A stretch of 64,000 bases of DNA from NCBI GenBank assembly GCA_963786935.1, contig CAWBAN010000003.1:160001-224000 (forward strand), in the 5' to 3' direction. Shown piece after piece: positions 46,139-54,947 of this stretch (the stretch's first letter is position 1; every line of letters starts with the position of its first letter). Under the pieces are notes generated by a model. It saw nothing but the letters and a program-made list of their open reading frames with translations. It was not told the origin of the DNA and did no database searches. The position numbers were made by a program, and so were the translations under genes. This stretch comes from an uncultured bacterium. GTDB taxonomy: Bacteria; Krumholzibacteriota; Krumholzibacteriia; Krumholzibacteriales; Krumholzibacteriaceae.

Positions 46139-47119
46139 TCAAGCGGCGTGCGGCTCGTCGATCAGGAGCTTTCCCCGGTCCATGATCAATCTCCCGTCGA
46201 GCTCGACGGTCGGATTCATCACGATGCCGTCGAGATGGACCGGCACGTCGACCGTTCCTCCCATCGACATGTTGTTCCCGAGCGCGATGTGGATCGTTCC
46301 CATGATCTTCTCGTCCTCGAGGATGGAGCCGGTGATGCGGGCGGCGTCGTTCGTCCCGATGCCGAACTCGGCGACGTTGAACGCCTTCTTGCCGAGCGGC
46401 TCGAGCTTCTCCCGCAGCGCCGCCGCCTCGGCGCCTCCCGTGATCTCGACGGCGGAGCCGTTCTTGACCCGGATCGTGATCGGCTTCCTTCCGGTCAGCG
46501 TGCCGATGCCCGACATCGAGCCGTCGACGACGAAGACGCCGTTGGATGCGCCCTCGACGGGCATGAGGTACGCCTCGCCGGAGGGGAGGTTGCCGAAGCC
46601 GCCGGGCTCGTGGATGAGCCCCGTCGAGGCGATCGCCTTGATTCCTTCGATCGGGAGCGTGATGTCGGTTCCGGCCGGCGTCGTCACGCGGAGGAGCGTG
46701 CCCGCGGTGAGCAGCTCCGTGGCGCGCTTCGTGCGCTCGGCGATCGCGTAGTAGTCGGCGTTGAGGCAGCGGATCATCGTCTCGCGGAGAATGCCGGGCA
46801 TCGTCGCGACGCGCGAGCCCGCCTTGCACGCCTCGCGGCGTGCGGCCGTATGGGTGAGCGAGCGCGCCGTGGGGATCACGACGACCTTCGCGTGGGCCAT
46901 GGCGCTCGAGACGGATTCGGGCGGCTCCTCGCCGTCGCGGCTCCGCACTTCCATTTCCATGACGACCGGGTCGTTCCCGAGGGAAAGCGCCGCCTCGCGG
47001 AGCGCCCCGCCGATCTCGCGGAGCTTCGTGTCGGTGACGATGAGGAGCGATTCCCCCCGCTGGAGCTTCAGGCAGTCCCTCAGGGCGATCGTCGCGGCGT
47101 TGAGCAGTTCCTGGTCCAT
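46139..47119 (-). CDS. M29 family (thermophilic metalloprotease-like) aminopeptidase
   Basis: SLTHTAAR, GNLPSGEAY, AEFGIGTN, LEDEKIMGTIHIALG, HLDG. Confidence 0.88.
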   Translation of the reverse strand: MDQELLNAATIALRDCLKLQRGESLLIVTDTKLREIGGALREAALSLGNDPVVMEMEVRSRDGEEPPESVSSAMAHAKVVVIPTARSLTHTAARREACKAGSRVATMPGILRETMIRCLNADYYAIAERTKRATELLTAGTLLRVTTPAGTDITLPIEGIKAIASTGLIHEPGGFGNLPSGEAYLMPVEGASNGVFVVDGSMSGIGTLTGRKPITIRVKNGSAVEITGGAEAAALREKLEPLGKKAFNVAEFGIGTNDAARITGSILEDEKIMGTIHIALGNNMSMGGTVDVPVHLDGIVMNPTVELDGRLIMDRGKLLIDEPHAA

Positions 47120-47129
47120 GGTTCCTCCC

Positions 47130-48158
47130 TTATCGCGAGCGAAATTCCTGCGGCATTTCGGCGGTCGCGGTGATCTCCTTGCCGGTCACGGGATGGGCGA
47201 ATCGCAGCTTCCAGGCGTGGAGGTAGAGCCTCCCGCCCGAGCTCGACGACGCGCCGTACTCCTTGTCGCCGGCGATCGGGTGCCCGATCGAGGCGAGGTG
47301 CGCCCGGATCTGGTGCGTCCGTCCGGTGCGCATCGACACCTCGAGCAGCGTCCGGTCGCCGGGCAGCATCCTGACGATCGTGTACGTCGTGCGGGCATCC
47401 TTGCCGTCCGCGGCGATCGTCGTATGCGATTTCGTTCCCTTGCTCGTGACGAGCGGCGCGGCGATTTCGCCCGACGGCGCCGGCGGCGTCCCCTCGACGA
47501 CGGCGAGGTACGTCTTTCGCACATCGCCGCTCGAGAGCGCCCTGCTCAGGACGCGCGCGGCGGCTCTCGTCTTGGCCACGATGAGAGCCCCGCTCGTGAG
47601 CCGGTCGAGCCGGTGCACGGGGGTGTAGGGGAAATGGATCCCCGGCGCAGCGCCCCCCGCGGCGCCGCCGTCCGATCCCTCGCCGGGCGTCCGCAGATCG
47701 AGCAGGTACTGCCGCTCGTCCTGGTTCCGCCGGGCCCTCGTCGCTCCGGGCCGCGCCCCGGTTTTCTTCCGGCGGTATTCTTCGAGCAGGTCGAGGAGAG
47801 AGCCCTTCTCCTTCTGGTTGCCCGGCTGCACGACGAGCCCCGTGGGCTTGTCGATGACGAGGATCGAAAGGTCCTCGTAAATGACGCGGATGTCCCTGCC
47901 GATGCCCCCGGCGCGTTTCGCCCGCCGCGGCGCGGCGGGCGCCGGCTTCCGGCTCTCCTCGAACTCGGCGAGGTCGATCGCGACGACGTCGCCCGCCTTG
48001 AGCCGGGCGTTCCCGAGCGCCTTCGAGCCGTTGAGAAAGATGAGCCCCTTGCGCAGCAGGATCTGCGTGACGCCGAAGGGCATGCCGGGAAGGGAGGCCC
48101 TGATGAAACGGTCGAGCCGCGATCCGTGCCATTCCCCCGTGATCGAGAAACGTCTCAT
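47130..48158 (-). CDS. RluA/RluC/RluD family pseudouridine synthase
   Basis: S4-like RLDRFI N-terminus, DKPTGL, VHRLDRLTSG, TGRTHQIRAH, GDKEYG, LHAW. Confidence 0.93.
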   Translation of the reverse strand: MRRFSITGEWHGSRLDRFIRASLPGMPFGVTQILLRKGLIFLNGSKALGNARLKAGDVVAIDLAEFEESRKPAPAAPRRAKRAGGIGRDIRVIYEDLSILVIDKPTGLVVQPGNQKEKGSLLDLLEEYRRKKTGARPGATRARRNQDERQYLLDLRTPGEGSDGGAAGGAAPGIHFPYTPVHRLDRLTSGALIVAKTRAAARVLSRALSSGDVRKTYLAVVEGTPPAPSGEIAAPLVTSKGTKSHTTIAADGKDARTTYTIVRMLPGDRTLLEVSMRTGRTHQIRAHLASIGHPIAGDKEYGASSSSGGRLYLHAWKLRFAHPVTGKEITATAEMPQEFRSR

Positions 48159-49666
48159 GGTTCCAGTTTCTCCATTCGCATAATCCTCGGCATTTCGCCG
48201 CTGTAGGACACGTAGAGACAGGGCGCGCCGCGAAGCGCCTCGTCGCGCCCCGCCGCCGCGTAGGCCGTCCGCCCGGGGCGCTCGAGCTCGATCGCGTCGG
48301 CGAGATAGGGGAAGGCGAGCGGCGGTTCCTTGACGGCGAGCCTGGTGAATCCCGGAAACCGGTCGCTCTCCTCGACGATCGTCCGGACGACCTCCCGGTA
48401 CATCATCGTGAATTCATCCCATTTTTTCTCGAGCCGCGCGTCCCGCACGAGCGATCCCGCGCACAGGATCGCGAATATCGCGATCGCCGCTCCCTGCCGC
48501 GCGCGGGCGCGCTCTTTCCAGAGCATCGAGAGCAGGAGCGTCGCGACGAGGACCGTTCCGACCGACGACAGGTAATAGTACCGGTCCTGGCTGATCGAAT
48601 CGGTCGAGAAGAAGCGGTAGCGGAAGAGCGAAGCGGGAAGGAGCGCGAGCAGGGACCAGCCGACGGCGAGGATCATCGCCCGCAGGCGCTTGCCGGCCCA
48701 GCCGGCCGCGACGAGCACGACGAGCACGGGAATCGCGGCGAGCTCGGGACCGAGGGCGCCCGTCGGCTCGGGGATATAGTTCCCGGCGGGATAGACGAGC
48801 GAGAAGAGCGGCCACGGATAGAGCTGGAAGATGAAGCCGGCGGCGACGTTCCTCGCGGCGTGCGCGCCGGGCCCCCAATTATCCTGGAAGAATCCCCCCA
48901 TGAACGCCTGCCGGAGAATCAGATAGAGAATCGAGACGGCGGCGAAGGCGGCGAGGGCGGCCCCGCCGGGCCGGGCGGACGGGATCGACGGGCGGGACGG
49001 GACGCACGGGCCGGACGGGCCGGACTGGACGGACTGGACGGACTGGACGGACTGGCCGGACTGGACGGACCGTCCCTTCATGGCGAAGAGGAGCGCTACG
49101 AGGAGCGCTCCCGCGATCGCCTCCTCCTTCGAGGCGAGGGCGAGGACGTAGAGCGCGGTGGAACCGGCGATCCGGGCCGGCGACGGCGCCGGGCGGGAGA
49201 GCAGGACATCGAGGGACGCCAGCAGAAAGAACGTTGAAAGCAAAGTGGTTCTCGCGCTTATCCACATGACGGCCGACGCATGGACGCTCGTTACGGCGAA
49301 CAGCGCGGCAGCCGCCGCGGCGATCGATTCGCTGCCGAGGAGCTTGAGGATCAGGCGGAACACGAGCACGGTGCACAGCGCGTGAAGGACGATATTGAAG
49401 CCGTAATGGAGGGGGAGGTTGCCCGGTACGGTCTTTTCCATGCAATAAAAGGAGATATTCACGAGCGGCCGGAAGAAATCGACGACCCGGAACGAGAGGA
49501 GGTTGCCCGGATTCATATCGTAGCGCGCCGCCTTGAGCCAGGAGAAGTCGTCGTTGAACAGCCCGTTGTCGAGGATGCCCCGGTACGCGGCGAGGCACAG
49601 CAGGCACAGCAGGATGTAGATCGTGCGCCGGGGCATGGAGCCGGCCGTGATCGCTCGTTCCGGCAT
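48155..49666 (-). CDS. GT-C fold membrane glycosyltransferase (PMT/TMTC-like)
   Basis: NDDF, FFRPL, NIVLHA, AVMWISAR, ASKE, DRYYYLS; multi-TM; GAGGAGG RBS. Confidence 0.72.
   Translation of the reverse strand: MPERAITAGSMPRRTIYILLCLLCLAAYRGILDNGLFNDDFSWLKAARYDMNPGNLLSFRVVDFFRPLVNISFYCMEKTVPGNLPLHYGFNIVLHALCTVLVFRLILKLLGSESIAAAAAALFAVTSVHASAVMWISARTTLLSTFFLLASLDVLLSRPAPSPARIAGSTALYVLALASKEEAIAGALLVALLFAMKGRSVQSGQSVQSVQSVQSGPSGPCVPSRPSIPSARPGGAALAAFAAVSILYLILRQAFMGGFFQDNWGPGAHAARNVAAGFIFQLYPWPLFSLVYPAGNYIPEPTGALGPELAAIPVLVVLVAAGWAGKRLRAMILAVGWSLLALLPASLFRYRFFSTDSISQDRYYYLSSVGTVLVATLLLSMLWKERARARQGAAIAIFAILCAGSLVRDARLEKKWDEFTMMYREVVRTIVEESDRFPGFTRLAVKEPPLAFPYLADAIELERPGRTAYAAAGRDEALRGAPCLYVSYSGEMPRIMRMEKLEP
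48976..49070. repeat. Intragenic 9-bp tandem repeat (GGACTGGAC), degenerating leftwards
   Basis: Encodes SVQSGQSVQSVQSVQSGPSGPCVPSRPSIPS in the GT-C protein. Confidence 0.9.
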
Positions 49667-49822
49667 GGGGGCACCTCCTCGAACCCGTACCACTGTAAGG
49701 GCTCATTTTTCGGTTCGCCAAGCATTATTTCTCGTTGTGATATTTCGGACGCCCCGGTATCATATGCCCATACTGCTCTTCGCGGGCAAGCCAGTCTTAT
49801 TCCGGGAAATTGGAGGTACATC

Positions 49823-51301
49823 GTGAGCGGGCTTTTCGGAGTTGTTTCCACCAATGATTGCTCCGATGTTTTGTACTACGGAACCGATTACCACTCGCAT
49901 CTGGGCACGCAGTTCGGCGGGATCGCGGTGTTGGGGGACGAGTTCACGCGGCAGATTCATCACATCGGACAGAGCCAGTTCAAATCGAAATTCTACGAGG
50001 ACCGCGCCCGTCTGCGCGGCACGAAGGGCATCGGCGTGATCAGCGCGCTCGACGAGCAGCCGATCTATCTCAAATCGAGCTTCGGGCCCTTCTGCATCGC
50101 GACGGACGGCTACATCGACAACGCGAGCGCGCTCGTCGACGATCTGCTCTCGAAAGGCATGTCGTTCAGCGAAGTCGGCGGGAACCGGTTCGTCAACCTC
50201 ACGGAGCTCGCGGCGAAGCTCATCACGCGGGGGAAGGATATCGCGGACGGAATCGATCATCTCTTCGAATCGATCGACGGTTCGTGCTCGCTCCTCCTGC
50301 TGCACGAGGACGGGATCTACGCGGCGCGCGACCGCATGGGATATTCGTCGCTCGCCGTCGCGCGGCGGGGCGGCGAGTGGGCCGTTGCCTCCGAAACGAG
50401 CGCGTTCGCGAACCTCGGATTCGTCGTCGAGAAGTACCTCGAGCCGGGGGAGATCGTGCTCATCGACGAGAGCGGCGTCCACCAGCGGCGTGCCGGCGGA
50501 GCCTCGAACAACATCTGCGCGTTTCTCTGGATCTACACCGGGTTCCCGACGTCGAGCTTCGAGGGGATCAACGTCGAGACGGTCCGCGAGCGCTGCGGAC
50601 AGCGCCTCGCGCGGCGCGACCGGGACATCGAGGTGGACGTCGTCGCCGGCATTCCCGATTCGGGGATCGGCCACGCGCTCGGCTACGCGATGGAGTCGAA
50701 GAAGCCGTTCCGCCGGCCGCTCGTGAAGTACACGCCCGGGTACGGGCGCAGCTATACGCCCCCCTCGCAGGACACGCGCGATCTCGTCGCGAAGATGAAG
50801 CTCATCCCGAACGCCGACGTCATCGCCGGGAACCGGATCGTGATCTGCGAGGATTCGATCGTCCGCGGCACGCAGCTCAAGAACTACACGGTGAAGAAGC
50901 TCTGGGAGGCCGGCGCCCGCGAGGTGCACGCGCGCCCCGCGTGCCCGCCCCTCATGTTCCCGTGCCGCTTCAACCTCTCGACACGGAGCACGGACGAGCT
51001 CGCCGCGCGCCGCGCTATCAGGGCGATCGAAGGGCGGGACATCGACGACGTGTCCGACTACGTCGATTCGCGAACGGATAAATACCGGGCGATGGTCGAC
51101 TGGATCGCCCGCGATCTCGAAGTGACGACGCTCAGGTATCAGACGCTCGACGACATGATCGCTGCGATCGGGCTCGCGAAAGAGCGGCTCTGCCTCTACT
51201 GCTGGACGGGCGAGTATCCGGCTCTCTGGACGAGAGAGCGGGACGCCGCCGCGCCGCGGCGGGCGGAGGGGGAACGGGAGACGGTCGGAGCAGAAAGGTA
51301 G
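49823..51301 (+). CDS. purF: Amidophosphoribosyltransferase-like protein lacking the N-terminal Cys
   Basis: GIPDSG, GRSYTP, EDSIVRGT, CPPLMFPC, CLYCWTG; GGAGG RBS then GTG AGC GGG CTT TTC GGA (MSGLFG). Confidence 0.85.
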   Translation: MSGLFGVVSTNDCSDVLYYGTDYHSHLGTQFGGIAVLGDEFTRQIHHIGQSQFKSKFYEDRARLRGTKGIGVISALDEQPIYLKSSFGPFCIATDGYIDNASALVDDLLSKGMSFSEVGGNRFVNLTELAAKLITRGKDIADGIDHLFESIDGSCSLLLLHEDGIYAARDRMGYSSLAVARRGGEWAVASETSAFANLGFVVEKYLEPGEIVLIDESGVHQRRAGGASNNICAFLWIYTGFPTSSFEGINVETVRERCGQRLARRDRDIEVDVVAGIPDSGIGHALGYAMESKKPFRRPLVKYTPGYGRSYTPPSQDTRDLVAKMKLIPNADVIAGNRIVICEDSIVRGTQLKNYTVKKLWEAGAREVHARPACPPLMFPCRFNLSTRSTDELAARRAIRAIEGRDIDDVSDYVDSRTDKYRAMVDWIARDLEVTTLRYQTLDDMIAAIGLAKERLCLYCWTGEYPALWTRERDAAAPRRAEGERETVGAER

Positions 51302-51305
51302 CGCG

Positions 51306-51806
51306 ATGGCGGTACAGGAGATTCTCTATCTCGGCAATCCGAAGCTGTACGAGGAGTCGAGCAAGGTCGGGCGCGATGAGCTCGACGAGCTCAAGGGGGT
51401 GTTCGAGGATCTGGCGGACACGCTCCAGGAGTTCCGCGACGAGTATGGATGGGGGCGCGCGATCTCCGCGCCGCAGATCGGGGTCATGAAGCGGATCGTC
51501 TTCATGGACGTCAACGAGCCGATCGTTCTCATCAATCCGGTGATCAAGCTGCGGAACCGCCGGAAGGTGATCGTGTGGGACGATTGCATGAGCTGTCCCG
51601 ACCTCCTCGTGCAGGTCAAGCGCTACCGCCGCTGCAAGATCGAGTACCGCGACGAGAACTGGAACAAGCGGAGCATGTACCTCGAGGGGAAGCTCGCGAC
51701 GCTCCTCCAGCATGAAGTGGATCATCTCAAGGGGATTCTCATCACGCAGCGGGCGCTCACGGAGAAAAGCTTCGCGCTCCGGAGCGAGCGCGCGTACCTG
51801 AAATAG
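51306..51806 (+). CDS. def: Peptide deformylase (variant motifs)
   Basis: GRAISAPQIG, LINP, DDCMS, QHEVDHLKG. Confidence 0.88.
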   Translation: MAVQEILYLGNPKLYEESSKVGRDELDELKGVFEDLADTLQEFRDEYGWGRAISAPQIGVMKRIVFMDVNEPIVLINPVIKLRNRRKVIVWDDCMSCPDLLVQVKRYRRCKIEYRDENWNKRSMYLEGKLATLLQHEVDHLKGILITQRALTEKSFALRSERAYLK

Positions 51807-51868
51807 CCCGTGCCCGCGCCGTGCCTCGAACCGGCCGCGCGTTCTTTGATTTCCAAGAGGAGGGCTCC

Positions 51869-53155
51869 ATGTCGAACGCATCGCAGAAGGACTATTCCAG
51901 GGCGCTTGAGATCGGCCGTCCCCCGAATATCGCGAGGCTCTTCCCGAACTCCCGGGCCCTCATCGTGAGCGGCAAGGCCGTCGACCGCGCCATGAGATCG
52001 AAGGGACGGGCGATGACGATCGCCGCGAACGCGCGGAACAGCTTCGTGATCCGCGGGGCGCTCAGGGCCGCCCAGCGGGCGCACGCCGCGATCATCGTCG
52101 AGATCGCGAAATCGGAGGGAGGGGCGAGCGCGTACTGCCCGGTGAGCCTCTGGAACATGGCCACGCTCGTGGACGCCTTCGCGAACGAGCTCGGGATCAC
52201 CGTTCCGGTTGCGGTGCACGCCGACCACTACGGCATCAAGGGCGAGAAGGACGTCGAGGCGGCGCGCGTCGAAATCCCGTCCCTCTTCGAGGCGGGTATC
52301 ACCTCGATCGCTATCGACGCCTCGCACCTTCCGGACGACGAGAATCTCCTCGCCGGCATCGAGCTCGCCCGGTACGTCCCCCCGTGGGCCGGTCTTGAGA
52401 CCGAGGTGGGCGAGATCAAGGGCGCGCAGGGGCTTTCGACCGTCGATGAGGCGCTCTTCCTGATCAGGGGGCTCAACGCGCACGGCGTGTTCCCCGACTG
52501 GATCGCGCTCAACAACGGCACGACGCACGGGATCGAGGCGAGCGACGCCGGTATCCAGGTCGAGTTGACGGCGGCGATCCACCGGGCGCTCGAACCGTAC
52601 CGGATCTCGGGCGCGCAGCACGGCACGTCGGGCAACAACAGCGATCGGCTGCGCCGGATCGCGGCGGAGACCGCCACGACCAAGGCGAACGTCGCAACCG
52701 CGCTCCAGATGGTTTCGTGGGGGGTCGAGGTGAACGACTACGGCAACGCGAAGCTCGACGGCGACGGCAACTTTATCAAGGTGCCCGATACGGGCGTTTC
52801 GGACGCCCTGTGGAACAAGATGGCGGAGCACGCCGCCGAGAAGGGATGGAAGAAGGGCGACTACAAGAAGCTCAACCTTCCCTTCGAGAACCGCCTCCTC
52901 GGGCAGCCGGCCGCCGTCCGCGAGCGGATGGTCGCCGCCGTGGAGGAGTTCACCTACGGTCTCCTGACGAAGGTGTTCAACGCGACGGACACCGCGCCGC
53001 TCGCGATCGACGCGATACTATCGGCGGGTTCCTACGATCTCGGGCCCAAGGGTCGCCGGATCGAGGATCCGGCGGAGTGGACCGTGGAAAAGATACGATC
53101 CCGGGCCAAAACCGTTTCCGCGGACAAGGGATCGAAGGGGGATTTCTCGGACTAG
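51869..53155 (+). CDS. fba: Class II fructose-bisphosphate aldolase
   Basis: VHADH, IDASH, ETEVGEI, NGTTHG, AQHGTSG, KANVATALQ. Confidence 0.88.
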   Translation: MSNASQKDYSRALEIGRPPNIARLFPNSRALIVSGKAVDRAMRSKGRAMTIAANARNSFVIRGALRAAQRAHAAIIVEIAKSEGGASAYCPVSLWNMATLVDAFANELGITVPVAVHADHYGIKGEKDVEAARVEIPSLFEAGITSIAIDASHLPDDENLLAGIELARYVPPWAGLETEVGEIKGAQGLSTVDEALFLIRGLNAHGVFPDWIALNNGTTHGIEASDAGIQVELTAAIHRALEPYRISGAQHGTSGNNSDRLRRIAAETATTKANVATALQMVSWGVEVNDYGNAKLDGDGNFIKVPDTGVSDALWNKMAEHAAEKGWKKGDYKKLNLPFENRLLGQPAAVRERMVAAVEEFTYGLLTKVFNATDTAPLAIDAILSAGSYDLGPKGRRIEDPAEWTVEKIRSRAKTVSADKGSKGDFSD

Positions 53156-53177
53156 GCGACACGGAGACGGTCGTCGG

Positions 53178-53209
53178 CGGGGCCGGGGTTGGATCCCCGG
53201 CCCCGTTTC
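53178..53209 (+). terminator. Intrinsic terminator after fba
   Basis: 11-bp stem CGGGGCCGGGG/CCCCGGCCCCG followed by TTT. Confidence 0.7.
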
Positions 53210-53210
53210 G

Positions 53211-53981
53211 TTATCCTCGCCGCCCTTGCTCCCTGATGACGACGGTGCCGGCGATCCGGTCGTGGATCGTCTGCCTGTTCGGATCCCAGAACACCTCGAG
53301 GAATCCGAGAAATCCCGTCGCCGCCGAAGCGGCGTATCCGCCGGCGCGCCCGAAGGAGCCCCACAGGCTCATGTTCCGCCCGTTGAGCGCGGTTGCCCTG
53401 ATGCCGGCGAGCGCCTTTCCCGGCGTCTTTCCCCTCATCGCCCAGGTGAGAATCGTGAAATAGGCCATGAAAACGACCGCGCCGGACGCGAAGCCTCCGA
53501 AGCCCGTCACCACGTCGCTCCCGAGCGACAGCAGTCCGGTCTCCTCGTTGAACTTCGATTCCTTGGCGTCGAGGTTCAGGGCGACGCTCATCCGGTCCGA
53601 TGAAACGAGCGTCGAGAGAACGCTGTCGGCGTGGGTCTGGATCGCCGAGCGAACGTCGGAGGGCAATACGCGCGGATTCCGTTCGTCGATGATTCGGAAG
53701 ACGTCGGCGGTGAGACGCCGCCCGACGGCGTCCCGCTCCGGTCCCGGCTCCGCGCGGTAATATTCAATGCCGCCTTTGAGAAGGTTGGGGTACCGGGCAT
53801 TATTGACGGCGACGGCGAGGAGAAACAGGGCCAGCACGACGAGCGCGCCGTCGACGATGAACGCCGCCGCGCGCCTGAACGGCGACGCGAGCGGTTTTCC
53901 GATGAGGCGGGGATCGACGAGCATGGGCTCGTCGGTCACCGCGCGCCGCCGTTGGATTTTCTCGCTTCTTGACCTCTTCAT
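53211..53981 (-). CDS. RDD family membrane protein
   Basis: LASPFRRAAAFIVD, GKTPGKALAGIR, RQTIHDRIAGTVV; start uncertain. Confidence 0.9.
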   Translation of the reverse strand: MKRSRSEKIQRRRAVTDEPMLVDPRLIGKPLASPFRRAAAFIVDGALVVLALFLLAVAVNNARYPNLLKGGIEYYRAEPGPERDAVGRRLTADVFRIIDERNPRVLPSDVRSAIQTHADSVLSTLVSSDRMSVALNLDAKESKFNEETGLLSLGSDVVTGFGGFASGAVVFMAYFTILTWAMRGKTPGKALAGIRATALNGRNMSLWGSFGRAGGYAASAATGFLGFLEVFWDPNRQTIHDRIAGTVVIREQGRRG

Positions 53982-54009
53982 GATCCACACGTTCCCGCCG
54001 GCGACACCG

Positions 54010-54792
54010 TCATCCGTTCTCCTCTTCGTACTTCTCGAGAACCCGCACGAAGGCCGCGACCGTCGCCTCGTCACGGTCGACGAGCGTGACGTCGGAGAGG
54101 CTCTTCGGCTGGTGCGCTCTGAGCGCCTCGAAGATCGCCGCGGCGGAGTCGTCCGGAGAGACGCTCCCGGCGCCCGTTCCGAGCCCCGGAATCGCGACCG
54201 ATTCGAGCCCGAGCTCCTCGACGAGCGCGAGCGCAGCGGCCGCGGCGCGTTTCACGGCGTCGGGAGAGCTCGGCCCGCCCGGCTCCGCGGCGACCGCGAC
54301 GTGGATGATCTTGAGATTCTGGAGCGTTCCGGCCGTCGTGGCGACCGCGGCGCCGACCGCGAGCGGCGCCTTCGCGGCGGCTTCCTTTTCGATCGCGTCC
54401 CCGCCGGCCGCCTTGATGGCGCCGGCCACGCCCTGCGCCATGACGCCCCGCGGATCGGCCGGGTTGACGATCGCGTCGACGAAGAGCTTCGTGATGTCCC
54501 CGAGGCGGGCTTTGACGCCGACGTCCCCGACGTCGGCCGTGAACTTGTTCTCGTCCATCGCGATCTCGGCGAGCACGACGTCGGGACGGTTGCGGTACTT
54601 CTTCGTGATCTTTTCGCTCTGGACCGCCGCGTAGTTTATGGCCTTGAAGAGATCCTCCGGCGCGAGCTCGCCCTCGATGAAGGCTTCGATCTTCTTCGCG
54701 AGCGGCTCGACGAGATCTTTCGTCTGCCTCCGCTTGAGCGAGTCGATGAATTTGAGCTTCCGCTCCGCGCGCTCTTCCTCTTTCTTCGTCAT
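54010..54792 (-). CDS. Macro domain protein with N-terminal helical extension
   Basis: GDIT..VDAIVN, GVAGAI..AGG, IIHV, SVAIPGLGTGAG. Confidence 0.88.
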   Translation of the reverse strand: MTKKEEERAERKLKFIDSLKRRQTKDLVEPLAKKIEAFIEGELAPEDLFKAINYAAVQSEKITKKYRNRPDVVLAEIAMDENKFTADVGDVGVKARLGDITKLFVDAIVNPADPRGVMAQGVAGAIKAAGGDAIEKEAAAKAPLAVGAAVATTAGTLQNLKIIHVAVAAEPGGPSSPDAVKRAAAAALALVEELGLESVAIPGLGTGAGSVSPDDSAAAIFEALRAHQPKSLSDVTLVDRDEATVAAFVRVLEKYEEENG

Positions 54793-54947
54793 GAGTATTT
54801 CATATCGCATGCGGTGGCTGAAGGCAAGCGCGGAATTGCCGTGCGGTGCGGCGCCGCGGCGGGTTTATTCGCTTCAAAAAACGCGCGCGCCGATATAGAA
54901 TTCGACGGTTCGCCCACGTGACGCTTTTTGTATAAGAAGGAGGCAGT

